A stretch of 64,000 nt of DNA from an uncultured Alphaproteobacteria bacterium (GTDB taxonomy: Bacteria > Pseudomonadota > Alphaproteobacteria > Rs-D84). The stretch covers positions 64,001 to 128,000 of the forward strand of contig CALXXY010000002.1 in assembly GCA_944392815.1 (NCBI GenBank), in the 5' to 3' direction. How positions within the stretch are numbered: position 1 is the stretch's first letter; each line of letters begins with the position of its first letter. The notes beneath the pieces were generated by a model. The model was not told where the DNA came from, made no database searches, and was given only the letters and a program-made list of their open reading frames with translations. Position numbers and translations under genes: made by a program. This document shows positions 47,617 through 56,668 of the stretch, in pieces.

Positions 47617-48579
47617 ATGAGAATACGTTTTGATAATATATTGCTGTCCGTGTTGTGGTTGCTGGCGGTGACGCTGGGGACATGTTTTTGGTTCAACACA
47701 GTATTCGGATTCGACATTTTTTCCGGCGCACATTGGGAATATATCTCGTCACTCCAGGCGGCACAAACCCCGATTAAACCCGGATTTTACGTATCCATGG
47801 CAATTGCCATTTTCATAACCATATTGGGACTGTATATGATTTTGGCCCCGCGCAGACGCCGCATACGTTTGCCGATTATAAAAACGACACGTTCACAAAA
47901 TCGGACGCAATCAACACAATCCGCCGCGCCCCAACAAAGCGTCACCCCGAACAATGACGCGTCAACACTGGACATATTGCCGGCAAAAATGCAACCCGCA
48001 AAATTCCAAACAACCCCGCCCCAGCAACAAACATCTGCGCCATCGGTGGCATTGCGTCCCCCGCGGTTAAATATTCCCAGACCCAATACCTTATCATCGC
48101 GTGACACAACACCACAACGCACAACCCCGGCATCGACACACAGCGCACCCGCCGCGCAAAAGCAACAGGATTGGCCCGAACTGCGCGAAATATTTACGTC
48201 CGCCGGATACACAGTCAAACCAACCCCACGTGTTGGCGGAATTCAAACCGCCCTGGTCGCCATCGGCACGAACGAGGTTATGTGGCTGGGCTGTGTTGGT
48301 GTAAAAACGACCGACGTACGCGACACGGTCAACAAATTCGAACAAATATTCGCGGACACCCTGGACGAAACCAGCATAACCATAAACGGTTTTGCCATCG
48401 CCGCACCCGACGCCGACACATCTGAATTCCAGGATATATTAATGTTCCGCACACCCGGCGAATTACGCGAATTTATACAACAAAATCCAAACCCGCCACT
48501 GCCCGCCGATGACGACGGAATGTTCGACGCATTTTCTGAATACATAGACGCGGTATTGGCACACATAGGAAAACTGTAA
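47617..48579 (+). CDS. Membrane-anchored hypothetical protein (2 TM, P/T/Q linker, PD-(D/E)XK-like C-domain)
   Basis: Two N-terminal TMs; low-complexity linker; LREIF...GYTV.....GG....LVAIG. Confidence 0.7.
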   Translation: MRIRFDNILLSVLWLLAVTLGTCFWFNTVFGFDIFSGAHWEYISSLQAAQTPIKPGFYVSMAIAIFITILGLYMILAPRRRRIRLPIIKTTRSQNRTQSTQSAAPQQSVTPNNDASTLDILPAKMQPAKFQTTPPQQQTSAPSVALRPPRLNIPRPNTLSSRDTTPQRTTPASTHSAPAAQKQQDWPELREIFTSAGYTVKPTPRVGGIQTALVAIGTNEVMWLGCVGVKTTDVRDTVNKFEQIFADTLDETSITINGFAIAAPDADTSEFQDILMFRTPGELREFIQQNPNPPLPADDDGMFDAFSEYIDAVLAHIGKL

Positions 48580-49085
48580 TGCAATTAACCCATGACACCG
48601 CACAACGACGATTATCCGAACTGCATATGGACGATATGCCCGTGATGGAAATTCGTCCAACTGCGACACATGTGGATACAGATTGGTTCGCGAAATACAA
48701 AAAATTATGCCACGAATTTATGGAATCATTAACTGATTCAATCGACGAATTGGCGTTTTTAAATCTGTCGCAAAATGAATTTATGGCGCTGATTATGGGG
48801 CGCGCAATGCCGCAAAATTTATCAATCAGATTTCGTGTGCCGTTGGTATGGGGCGGCAAATTGGAAACAGATAATTTATTCCTGTGCCAAACATTCCCGC
48901 ATTCACAACGATTGGACAGATTTATAATCGAACAACACGGCGCAGAAACAATATGGTTGCCCAACCCCGCAAAACGCGTATACGTATCTGTACACGAATC
49001 GGCCGGGGGCGACGGCGGTAATGCCACCACCGACAGATTAAGTCAAATGGCTGCACAAATTGGAATGAATCGTTCAATGGAATAA
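48579..49085 (+). CDS. Degenerate HNH-toxin-like domain protein
   Basis: G..P.N.SIRFRVPL.WGG....NL.L...PH...W.P.P...VY follows the HNH toxin scaffold, with HH replaced by RF; TAATG-coupled to the upstream gene. Confidence 0.6.
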   Translation: MQLTHDTAQRRLSELHMDDMPVMEIRPTATHVDTDWFAKYKKLCHEFMESLTDSIDELAFLNLSQNEFMALIMGRAMPQNLSIRFRVPLVWGGKLETDNLFLCQTFPHSQRLDRFIIEQHGAETIWLPNPAKRVYVSVHESAGGDGGNATTDRLSQMAAQIGMNRSME

Positions 49086-49091
49086 CAAAAA

Positions 49092-49526
49092 ATGAATTGT
49101 GATGAATTTATATCTTTGATGAAATCGCACGGCGCACTGTTCGCCCCGCCCGCCATGGAATCGTCCATCGCATTGGCCAACAGTGCATTGCAAAACATAC
49201 GTGCCGCTATTTTGCCAAAATTCATGACAGATTTATATTCCCACACCACGGCAATCAATCTGGGCAACGGTTATATTTTTGGTCCGACCCAGGTCGCACG
49301 CGGCACCAAACACCCAATTCCCAGCATTACAGAAATCAATTCTGATTTGACCGGAATTTCATCAATGCGCGGGAAAACAGTATTTGGCCGCAACGATTTA
49401 TTTTGGTTTGCATTTGACGCATTTGGGAATTGTTTTATGTTGGATAATTTGAATTTAAATACACTGCGCAAATACGACGACGCATTTCGTGCCATGTCCG
49501 ATTGCCTGATTGCGGGGAAAATATAA
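49092..49526 (+). CDS. SUKH (SMI1/KNR4, YrhA-like) family protein
   Basis: PA....I......L......LP....DLY........G..IFG; I.E.N; FG......F.FD. Confidence 0.7.
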   Translation: MNCDEFISLMKSHGALFAPPAMESSIALANSALQNIRAAILPKFMTDLYSHTTAINLGNGYIFGPTQVARGTKHPIPSITEINSDLTGISSMRGKTVFGRNDLFWFAFDAFGNCFMLDNLNLNTLRKYDDAFRAMSDCLIAGKI

Positions 49527-49528
49527 CC

Positions 49529-49732
49529 ATGAAAAAATTATCAGTATCTTTGTCGGGTCACCGCACCAGTATTTCACTGGAATCAGAATTTATCACTGCC
49601 CTGCATGACATTGCACGCCAACAAAATAAATCCATCGCGTCACTTATTGAACACATAGATGACAACCGCACCCCAGATACAAATTTGTCGTCTGCAATCC
49701 GCGTTTGGATTTTAAATCAGTATAAAAAATAA
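49529..49732 (+). CDS. Ribbon-helix-helix protein (RHH_4 type)
   Basis: SV.LSGHRTSISLE.EF, NLSSAIRVW.L; start moved to ATG 49529. Confidence 0.9.
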   Translation: MKKLSVSLSGHRTSISLESEFITALHDIARQQNKSIASLIEHIDDNRTPDTNLSSAIRVWILNQYKK

Positions 49733-49753
49733 TGCCGCCTTGTACGGCATTTT

Positions 49754-51763
49754 TTATTTACGTCTGTACGCTGCACTCAGCGCAAACGTGCATATACATG
49801 AAAATATCAGTATTAAAATCATCACCCCATCACGTTGCACTGCACGATACGCAGTCATATGCCCACCATATACCACACCGTCCATATAACCACTGCGCGC
49901 AACCGGTATATATGACATAATTGTCCCGTCCGACGCAATAAACGCACTGACGCCCGAATAATTGGCGCGCACAATCGGCAAACCTGATTCAATGGCATAA
50001 CGCCGCACCATATCCAAATGCTGATATGTGCCAGGCGTTTTACCAAACCAAGTGTCATTTGTTATGTTAATAACAGCGTCCGGCGATTCGCCCATTGGCA
50101 CCAAAGAATCAGAAAAAATAATTTCATAACATATCGCCGGCGCAAACGCGAAATCGCCAACATTTATAATTTCTGGCCCCGCCCCACGTGACAGTTGCCC
50201 CGGCGTTGGAATAATATCGCCAAACGGCCTGTATTCACCAAACGGCACCAGATGTGATTTGCTGTACACTTTTTCTATTTCCCCGCCCGGCGCGGCAACA
50301 ATCATGGAATTATACACCCCAGTACTGGAAACCGACGTCGCCCCAATAACAACATCACGTTGCAATGCCGCCGCCACAGGCATATTGTCACCGTCAACAA
50401 TTGCAAACGGATACGATGTTTCCGGAAACACAACTATATCCGGATTGCCGGGGGCACCGGCCAATTCTATCAACCCGCGCACATTTTCAGTTGCCCACCG
50501 CACGGCGTCCGCCCGTGAATTGGACATTTTTTGCGCCTGGCTGCGTGCCGGTTGCACAACACGAATCACAGGGCTGACATTATCCGCACGTTGCGCCAGT
50601 TGAATATTTTTATAACCATACACCGCGCCCCCACATAATAATGCAACAAACACACCAAACGAAATCCATACGCGCCAATCACGCCTGTGCGTCAATAATT
50701 CAACCACAGACGCAACGCCACCAATAATTACAAACGTTAAACCCAACGCCCCCCATAACGCCATAGAATTGGAAATCCACGGCGCAGACAACGCAATATT
50801 CGCAATCGGATTCCATGGAAATCCTGTAAACAACCATTCACGCAACCACAAAACAAACACCCATGTCGCGGCAAACAAAAACGGCCTGCACGCCGGAAAC
50901 GTGCATATACGCGCGACAACGACAAACGGAATTGCAAAAATTATTCCGCCAACAATACCAATTCCAATTAATGCCGGCACCGTCCACACAGCAAACTGGG
51001 CCGCCAATTCAGGCACCACATAAATGGAATGTGTCACCCACCAAAACATAGCAACCGCATATACAGCACTGAACGGTAACACATGCAAAAACGCACGCCA
51101 TATATTTTTATGCTTGCCCCAAATCATTATTTTATACGCCACACCGATGGCCAACACTGTCGCCCACCACATATTAAACGGTGCAAATCCCAACGCAGCC
51201 ACCACCCCCAACAGCGCCATCACAACGTATTGCCATACAGCATTCGGACGCATTTTTATTTTATGAAACCACCCCAAAATTTTACCACCTGGACATACAG
51301 ACAAATCGCTGTATGTGCACGAATCCGGCGCATAGGGATTTTTTATACCCAACGAATTCAATATTTTTATTTCCAAATTTTCCATTTTTTTTGCATCACG
51401 ATTTTTTATATGGTCATACCCCTGTAAATGCAAAACACCATGCACAACCATATGCGCCGCATGTTCAGCAATTGAAATGTTTGCAGCGGCGGCCTCGCGT
51501 TGGACAGTGTCAAACGAAATATAAATATCACCCAACAAAATATCATCGCCCAATTCAAACGATAAAACGTTCGTCGGTCTGTCTATGTGCCTGTATTCAC
51601 GGTTCAGTGCATGAATTTCATCGTCATTGGTCAGGGTAATTGAAACCTCGGCCCCGGGGGCGCATTTAATTGCCGCAGCATTTGCGATACGTTCAAAATC
51701 AATTTTATATTTACGCCACCGTACATCTTCATAATTTACATATACTTTCATTTTCATTTCCAT
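49754..51763 (-). CDS. ybeY-lnt: Fusion of rRNA maturation RNase YbeY and apolipoprotein N-acyltransferase Lnt
   Basis: N-terminal PTNVLSF, LGDI, HGVLHLQGYDH; C-terminal TGFPWN, FPET, KSHLVPFGEY, ICYE, TNDTWFG; one open frame. Confidence 0.92.
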   Translation of the reverse strand: MEMKMKVYVNYEDVRWRKYKIDFERIANAAAIKCAPGAEVSITLTNDDEIHALNREYRHIDRPTNVLSFELGDDILLGDIYISFDTVQREAAAANISIAEHAAHMVVHGVLHLQGYDHIKNRDAKKMENLEIKILNSLGIKNPYAPDSCTYSDLSVCPGGKILGWFHKIKMRPNAVWQYVVMALLGVVAALGFAPFNMWWATVLAIGVAYKIMIWGKHKNIWRAFLHVLPFSAVYAVAMFWWVTHSIYVVPELAAQFAVWTVPALIGIGIVGGIIFAIPFVVVARICTFPACRPFLFAATWVFVLWLREWLFTGFPWNPIANIALSAPWISNSMALWGALGLTFVIIGGVASVVELLTHRRDWRVWISFGVFVALLCGGAVYGYKNIQLAQRADNVSPVIRVVQPARSQAQKMSNSRADAVRWATENVRGLIELAGAPGNPDIVVFPETSYPFAIVDGDNMPVAAALQRDVVIGATSVSSTGVYNSMIVAAPGGEIEKVYSKSHLVPFGEYRPFGDIIPTPGQLSRGAGPEIINVGDFAFAPAICYEIIFSDSLVPMGESPDAVINITNDTWFGKTPGTYQHLDMVRRYAIESGLPIVRANYSGVSAFIASDGTIMSYIPVARSGYMDGVVYGGHMTAYRAVQRDGVMILILIFSCICTFALSAAYRRK

Positions 51764-51766
51764 ATA

Positions 51767-53077
51767 TTACGCATTTTGTGTATGTGCATGATTTGCTGCA
51801 TATACATCGAATTCATTGGTTGATTTTTTATCCCCATCATTCAGCATTTTAACGGCATCATTAAACGCGATTGTTTTCCCAGATTTTATTTTTTGTTGTA
51901 CACGTGCAATATCATCACGCACCCGCGTGTTTCCATTCGCGACCGCCAACTTATAATTGGCCAACGCACGTTCATAATTTCCCATTTGTTCATATGCAAA
52001 CCCAGCATTATATTGCGCGGCACCATATTGGCTTTTATCCCCTATACGAAATAAAATTTCACGCACCTGGTCATCAGACACAGCATACCCATATTCTTTT
52101 AACAAATTGCGCAATTCATTAAATCTGTTTTGACAATTTTTATCATTTGGATTTTCAATTAATTTAGTATACGCATTGTACATCAATGAACTCATACCCA
52201 GTGCTTCGCTGGTGGTGTTAACATCTATGCTCTGCAATGCCACATCATAACAATACAACACGAAATAAGTTTCGCCCTCTTCCAAATGCCACCGCGCCAG
52301 TTCATATGCTTCGTCTGTTGTAATTGGCGCAGTTTCCATTGTCACCCTGCTGCCGTCTTTTAATACAGTGGAACCAAAACCAATGGTTGGTATGTCACGC
52401 GAATCACGATACGGCACATGCATACCAGTCGCAGGATCGACATGCACACCTTCTTTGGCGATTAAATCAGCAATCATAAACGGTGTTATCGGTTGCATTT
52501 TATTTAAAAACGCCATGTATTTACCGCGCGCGTTTTCTTCGGCCGCGCGCATGGCGTCACGTTCAGCCCGACGTTCTTTAACCGTCTGAACGACATCGGG
52601 AACAACCTCGACCCCGGTATACGTTCCCCCCGAAATCAATCCCAATCCAAACAACCACAGTATATGCGCGGAAAAATTAGGATATTTTTTTGCAAATTCC
52701 CGCAACTTGCTTGGGCGCATTTCTGTTTTTTTACGTCCATCTTTGCCCTGAATTGTTTTTTTCCGCATAACATTCATAACGGCAAATTTATTTTCCATCT
52801 GGCGCAGAAAAACATTATCCAATGTCAACCACCGTGCCAAAGTCAACAAAAACTGTGCGCCACCGGCCACCAACCAAGCAGACCATTTCCCCGCGCCCAG
52901 CATACTGATTTTTGCCGCGTCAACAAATTCAGCCGCGTTTCCCGTTTCCCCATTTGCATTTTTTTCTGCACGTTTTCTGCGCACATATTCCACGGGCTGT
53001 GTCTCGGCAATTTTGCGCCGCAATTTTGCCGCCGCCTGTTCTGGTGTTGCAACAACCTTTTGAAATTTTTCGGCCAT
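51767..53077 (-). CDS. Membrane-anchored GH24 lysozyme-like protein with C-terminal TPR
   Basis: LIAKEG...PYRDSRDIPTIGFGST (E, D-x5-T); TM segment before it; TPR-like AQYNAGFAYEQMGNYERALANY. Confidence 0.7.
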   Translation of the reverse strand: MAEKFQKVVATPEQAAAKLRRKIAETQPVEYVRRKRAEKNANGETGNAAEFVDAAKISMLGAGKWSAWLVAGGAQFLLTLARWLTLDNVFLRQMENKFAVMNVMRKKTIQGKDGRKKTEMRPSKLREFAKKYPNFSAHILWLFGLGLISGGTYTGVEVVPDVVQTVKERRAERDAMRAAEENARGKYMAFLNKMQPITPFMIADLIAKEGVHVDPATGMHVPYRDSRDIPTIGFGSTVLKDGSRVTMETAPITTDEAYELARWHLEEGETYFVLYCYDVALQSIDVNTTSEALGMSSLMYNAYTKLIENPNDKNCQNRFNELRNLLKEYGYAVSDDQVREILFRIGDKSQYGAAQYNAGFAYEQMGNYERALANYKLAVANGNTRVRDDIARVQQKIKSGKTIAFNDAVKMLNDGDKKSTNEFDVYAANHAHTQNA

Positions 53078-53086
53078 GTATATCCC

Positions 53087-53452
53087 CTATTTTTTACCCA
53101 GCCCCATTTTTTTAGCAATTTTGGAACGCCGCATTGAATAATTCGGCGCGACAAACGGATAATCGTCCGGCAGACACCATTTTTTTCTGTATTCGTCGGG
53201 CGTCATATTAAACTTTCGTTTTACATACCTGCGCAACATAACGTGCCAGGTTCCGTCCTCCAGACACTGAATTTTGTCCGCCCGCACAGACGCAGCAATT
53301 TGTTGCGCACTGGCGGTGGCGCCACGCAAACTTTCGCGCGCCGCGCGCACAGCGTCCTGCATCGTCAGCGACGGATTTGCCGCAATCGCCGCGGCGGCCA
53401 AATTTGCCACCGCCAGCGCAAATTCCGATGAATCTTTATTTGCACTTACCAA
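53087..53452 (-). CDS. mucR: MucR/Ros family regulator
   Basis: CLEDG....LRR, MTPDEYR.KW.LP.DYP.VAPNYS..RS.IAK.MGLG. Confidence 0.93.
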   Translation of the reverse strand: MVSANKDSSEFALAVANLAAAAIAANPSLTMQDAVRAARESLRGATASAQQIAASVRADKIQCLEDGTWHVMLRRYVKRKFNMTPDEYRKKWCLPDDYPFVAPNYSMRRSKIAKKMGLGKK

Positions 53453-53531
53453 TTGAAAAACCCCCGGTTATTTACTAGAATTCTATTATACCACAAATAA
53501 AGATTAAATAAAACCAAAGTAAAATATAAAT

Positions 53532-54815
53532 ATGCCATCTGAAAACAGACCACTTGCAGATTTAATGCGCCCCGCGACAATTGATGATATTGTTGGGCAA
53601 CCGCAATTATTGGGCGAAAATGGACTGGTTCGTCGTATGGTTGACAATCATAAATTATCAAATTTAATCCTGTGGGGGCCGCCGGGGTGTGGAAAAACGA
53701 CAATCGCGCGCGCATTGGCCAAATCTGTTGATATGGATTTTGTTCCGATGTCGGCGGTATTTTCCGGCACCGCGGATATTAAAAAAGCGATGGAGGCCGC
53801 CCGCATGAACCGCGAAATCGGTCGCGGCACTTTGCTGTTTATTGATGAAATTCATCGTTTTAATAAAACGCAACAGGACACCCTGTTGCCATATTTAGAA
53901 GATGGCACCGTTGTATTCATGGGCGCGACAACTGAAAACCCCAGTTTTAATTTAAACAACGCGTTGTTATCACGTTGTCACGTGGGTGTATTGCAACCAT
54001 TATCCACCACAGATTTAATGACGCTGATAACCCGTGCCGAAGAATTTTTGGGCAAAAAATTGCCCCTGGACGACGCGGCCCGTCTGCACCTGGCCCAGAT
54101 GTCGGACGGTGACGCACGATTTTTGCTGAACACAATTGAATACCTGTCGAACGCAAATTTTAAAAAGAAATTAACCCCGGACGCCCTGGACGCAGCGATT
54201 CAAAAACGTGCGCCATTATCGGACAAATCCGGTGACGAACATTATAATTTGATATCGGCGGTACACAAATCTTTGCGCGCCAGTGACACAGACGCCGCCC
54301 TGTATTGGACCGCCCGCATGATGACCTCGGGCCAGGATCCCATGTATCTGTTTCGACGTCTGACCCGATTCGCAATGGAAGATATCGGCCTGGCCGACCC
54401 AAACGCCATGCAAATTGCATTATCCGCATGGCAGGTATACGAACGCATGGGCAGCCCCGAAGGCGACCTGGCATTAACCGAATTGGTTATATATCTGGGC
54501 ACAGCCCCAAAAAGCACGGCAAATTATCGCGCCCAAACGGCCGCATATCGCACCGCCCGCGAAACAGGCAGTTTAATGCCCCCAAAAAACATATTAAACG
54601 CCCCCACCCGCATGATGCGCGAAATGGGATACGGCGCGGGCTATGTATACGAACCCGATACCAAATCCGGATTTTCTGGTCAAAATTGTTTCCCAGAATC
54701 CATGCAACGCCAAAAATTCTACTATCCAATTGAACGTGGATTTGAACGCGAAATTAAAAAGCGTTTGGAATATTGGGACACACTGCGCGAAAAAATAAAC
54801 AGCGGTAAAAACTAA
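53532..54815 (+). CDS. rarA: Replication-associated recombination protein A
   Basis: RPLAD.MRP, WGPPGCGKTT, DEIHRFNKTQQD, ATTENPSF, HYNLISA.HKS.R.SD. Confidence 0.96.
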   Translation: MPSENRPLADLMRPATIDDIVGQPQLLGENGLVRRMVDNHKLSNLILWGPPGCGKTTIARALAKSVDMDFVPMSAVFSGTADIKKAMEAARMNREIGRGTLLFIDEIHRFNKTQQDTLLPYLEDGTVVFMGATTENPSFNLNNALLSRCHVGVLQPLSTTDLMTLITRAEEFLGKKLPLDDAARLHLAQMSDGDARFLLNTIEYLSNANFKKKLTPDALDAAIQKRAPLSDKSGDEHYNLISAVHKSLRASDTDAALYWTARMMTSGQDPMYLFRRLTRFAMEDIGLADPNAMQIALSAWQVYERMGSPEGDLALTELVIYLGTAPKSTANYRAQTAAYRTARETGSLMPPKNILNAPTRMMREMGYGAGYVYEPDTKSGFSGQNCFPESMQRQKFYYPIERGFEREIKKRLEYWDTLREKINSGKN

Positions 54816-55777
54816 CGCGACATAGACGCGGTCAATTTTTCGATCACTGCGCGCACATTTTTCAACGTATCTGTATGGTGCGCATTACACCCAACATTTG
54901 CACGCCGCACCAGTCCCGTCAACGTTTTCCCCGGTCCCAATTCATACACAGACGTAATATTATACACCGGAAATTTTTCCATTATATCCAACCACCGCAC
55001 ACCATGCGTCATTTGATCAGACAAAGAATCTTTGACGTCCTGGGGATTTGACATAACATTTGCCGTTTGATTTGAAAACCAGTTTGTTTTTGGTGGCTGG
55101 ACATCGATTGTTTCCAACCGTTTACGCAACAAAAATTCAGCATTTTCCATCAACGCACAATGCGCCGGCACCGCAACATTTAACCGTTTGGCCAAACGCG
55201 CGCCATGATTTTGTGCGCGCGCAATCACCGCGTCCAGCGCAGCATTTTGCCCACTGATAATAAATTGATCACGCGCATTATGATTGGAAATTGCCGCATA
55301 TCCGCGCCCATTGGCCGCCATTAAACATGCCTCTACTGCTTCTTTGTCCAAACCGACAATGCACGCCATACCCCCGCCCATTTTATCGGCCATGGACATA
55401 TACGTCGACCGCGCAGACAACAACCGCACAGCGTCCCCCATGGTCAAACTGCCCGCACAATGCAACGCAGAATATTGTCCCATCGAATGCCCCACAATGG
55501 CATAACCAATGTTATACAGCGGCCGCCCAAATTCCTGTTCCAAAATTTTGGCAATCGATACAGAATGCGCAAATGTCCCCAACGACGTCAATTCAGGTTT
55601 ATTCAACACGTCCACCGGCCCATTGAAACATGCGTCCGCCACATTTTTGTGCGAAATATCCGCCACCTGTTCAAACGTGTGACGCACAACGGCATATTCA
55701 TCAAACAAATCACGCGCCATGCCAACATATTGCGAGCCCTGGCCCGGAAAAACAAAAGCAATTTTTTCATTCATCAT
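54812..55777 (-). CDS. fabD: Malonyl CoA-ACP transacylase
   Basis: FPGQGSQ, GHSMG, V.AHC.LM, ELGPGKTLTGL. Confidence 0.94.
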   Translation of the reverse strand: MMNEKIAFVFPGQGSQYVGMARDLFDEYAVVRHTFEQVADISHKNVADACFNGPVDVLNKPELTSLGTFAHSVSIAKILEQEFGRPLYNIGYAIVGHSMGQYSALHCAGSLTMGDAVRLLSARSTYMSMADKMGGGMACIVGLDKEAVEACLMAANGRGYAAISNHNARDQFIISGQNAALDAVIARAQNHGARLAKRLNVAVPAHCALMENAEFLLRKRLETIDVQPPKTNWFSNQTANVMSNPQDVKDSLSDQMTHGVRWLDIMEKFPVYNITSVYELGPGKTLTGLVRRANVGCNAHHTDTLKNVRAVIEKLTASMSR

Positions 55778-55858
55778 ACGCAAATTATTGCACTAATATA
55801 TAAAATGTCAACAGATTGTCCCAAAATAAAATCCCGCAATTGCGGGATTTATGAAACA

Positions 55859-56584
55859 TTAAAACAGAATATTTACGTCCAATCCGACCTGTAAATCCCT
55901 GGATTCAAATTCATAATCCAAATGTGCGCCGTATTGAGTGCGCCCATATTGACGAACGATTTTACCGCCCAACCATTCCTGGTTATAATGGGAATCGGTC
56001 GCCTTGCGCAAAGTAAACTGCGCCCCCAAACGCCAATCAGGCGCTATGCGAAAATATGCCTCGGGTTTAAAATCGATATACGCCATACCGCGATCATCAT
56101 CAAAAATCCAACTGGATTTGATTGTTGCGGCCAATGTGACACCGGCCCATTGACGCCCGAACCGATACCCAGCATAATATGTCGAATCCGCATAATCAGG
56201 CGTACGCACACGTGACGAGCCGCCAAATTTTAATCCGAACAACACATCAGATATTATATGTGCGCTGTTGCTGGCGGCGGTACCAACACGATAAACACCG
56301 CCCAAATCCACGGCGCCGAATCCGTCCTCGCCCCCGTTAAAATCCTGTTGCAGATTGAAATTAATACCAACAGACAATCTGTCGTTAATACCATATGATA
56401 TGGTTTCTTCCAACCGTAAAATATTATCCCAATACGTCAACGCCGTTTCAGACAAAACATCATTTGTTTTTAACATGAACAACGGATCAGACGTATCAAA
56501 ATCCAACCCATTGGCACGTGCATTTGACATCATCGGCACGAACCCAATAAATCCAGCAAATAAACAAATTAAAAATTTACGCAT
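55859..56584 (-). CDS. Outer membrane beta-barrel protein
   Basis: Signal peptide (ARA), alternating strands, SYGINDRLSV, C-terminal Phe. Confidence 0.75.
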   Translation of the reverse strand: MRKFLICLFAGFIGFVPMMSNARANGLDFDTSDPLFMLKTNDVLSETALTYWDNILRLEETISYGINDRLSVGINFNLQQDFNGGEDGFGAVDLGGVYRVGTAASNSAHIISDVLFGLKFGGSSRVRTPDYADSTYYAGYRFGRQWAGVTLAATIKSSWIFDDDRGMAYIDFKPEAYFRIAPDWRLGAQFTLRKATDSHYNQEWLGGKIVRQYGRTQYGAHLDYEFESRDLQVGLDVNILF

Positions 56585-56668
56585 TCTCTCCCCCTGGTTA
56601 TAAAACAACAGATAAATCCGGGTTCTGTGAAATCCCCAGAACCCGAATTACCATTCACACGCACCGCA

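Noticed and set aside
469-51806. TATGTGCA as a classical DNA uptake sequence
   Set aside because: About a dozen cores noticed in 64 kb, far below the roughly one per kb density of Neisseria DUS or Haemophilus USS; kept only as an alternative hypothesis.
51767-53077. Prophage remnant
   Set aside because: Lysozyme-like gene is flanked by core genes, with no holin, structural or integrase genes.
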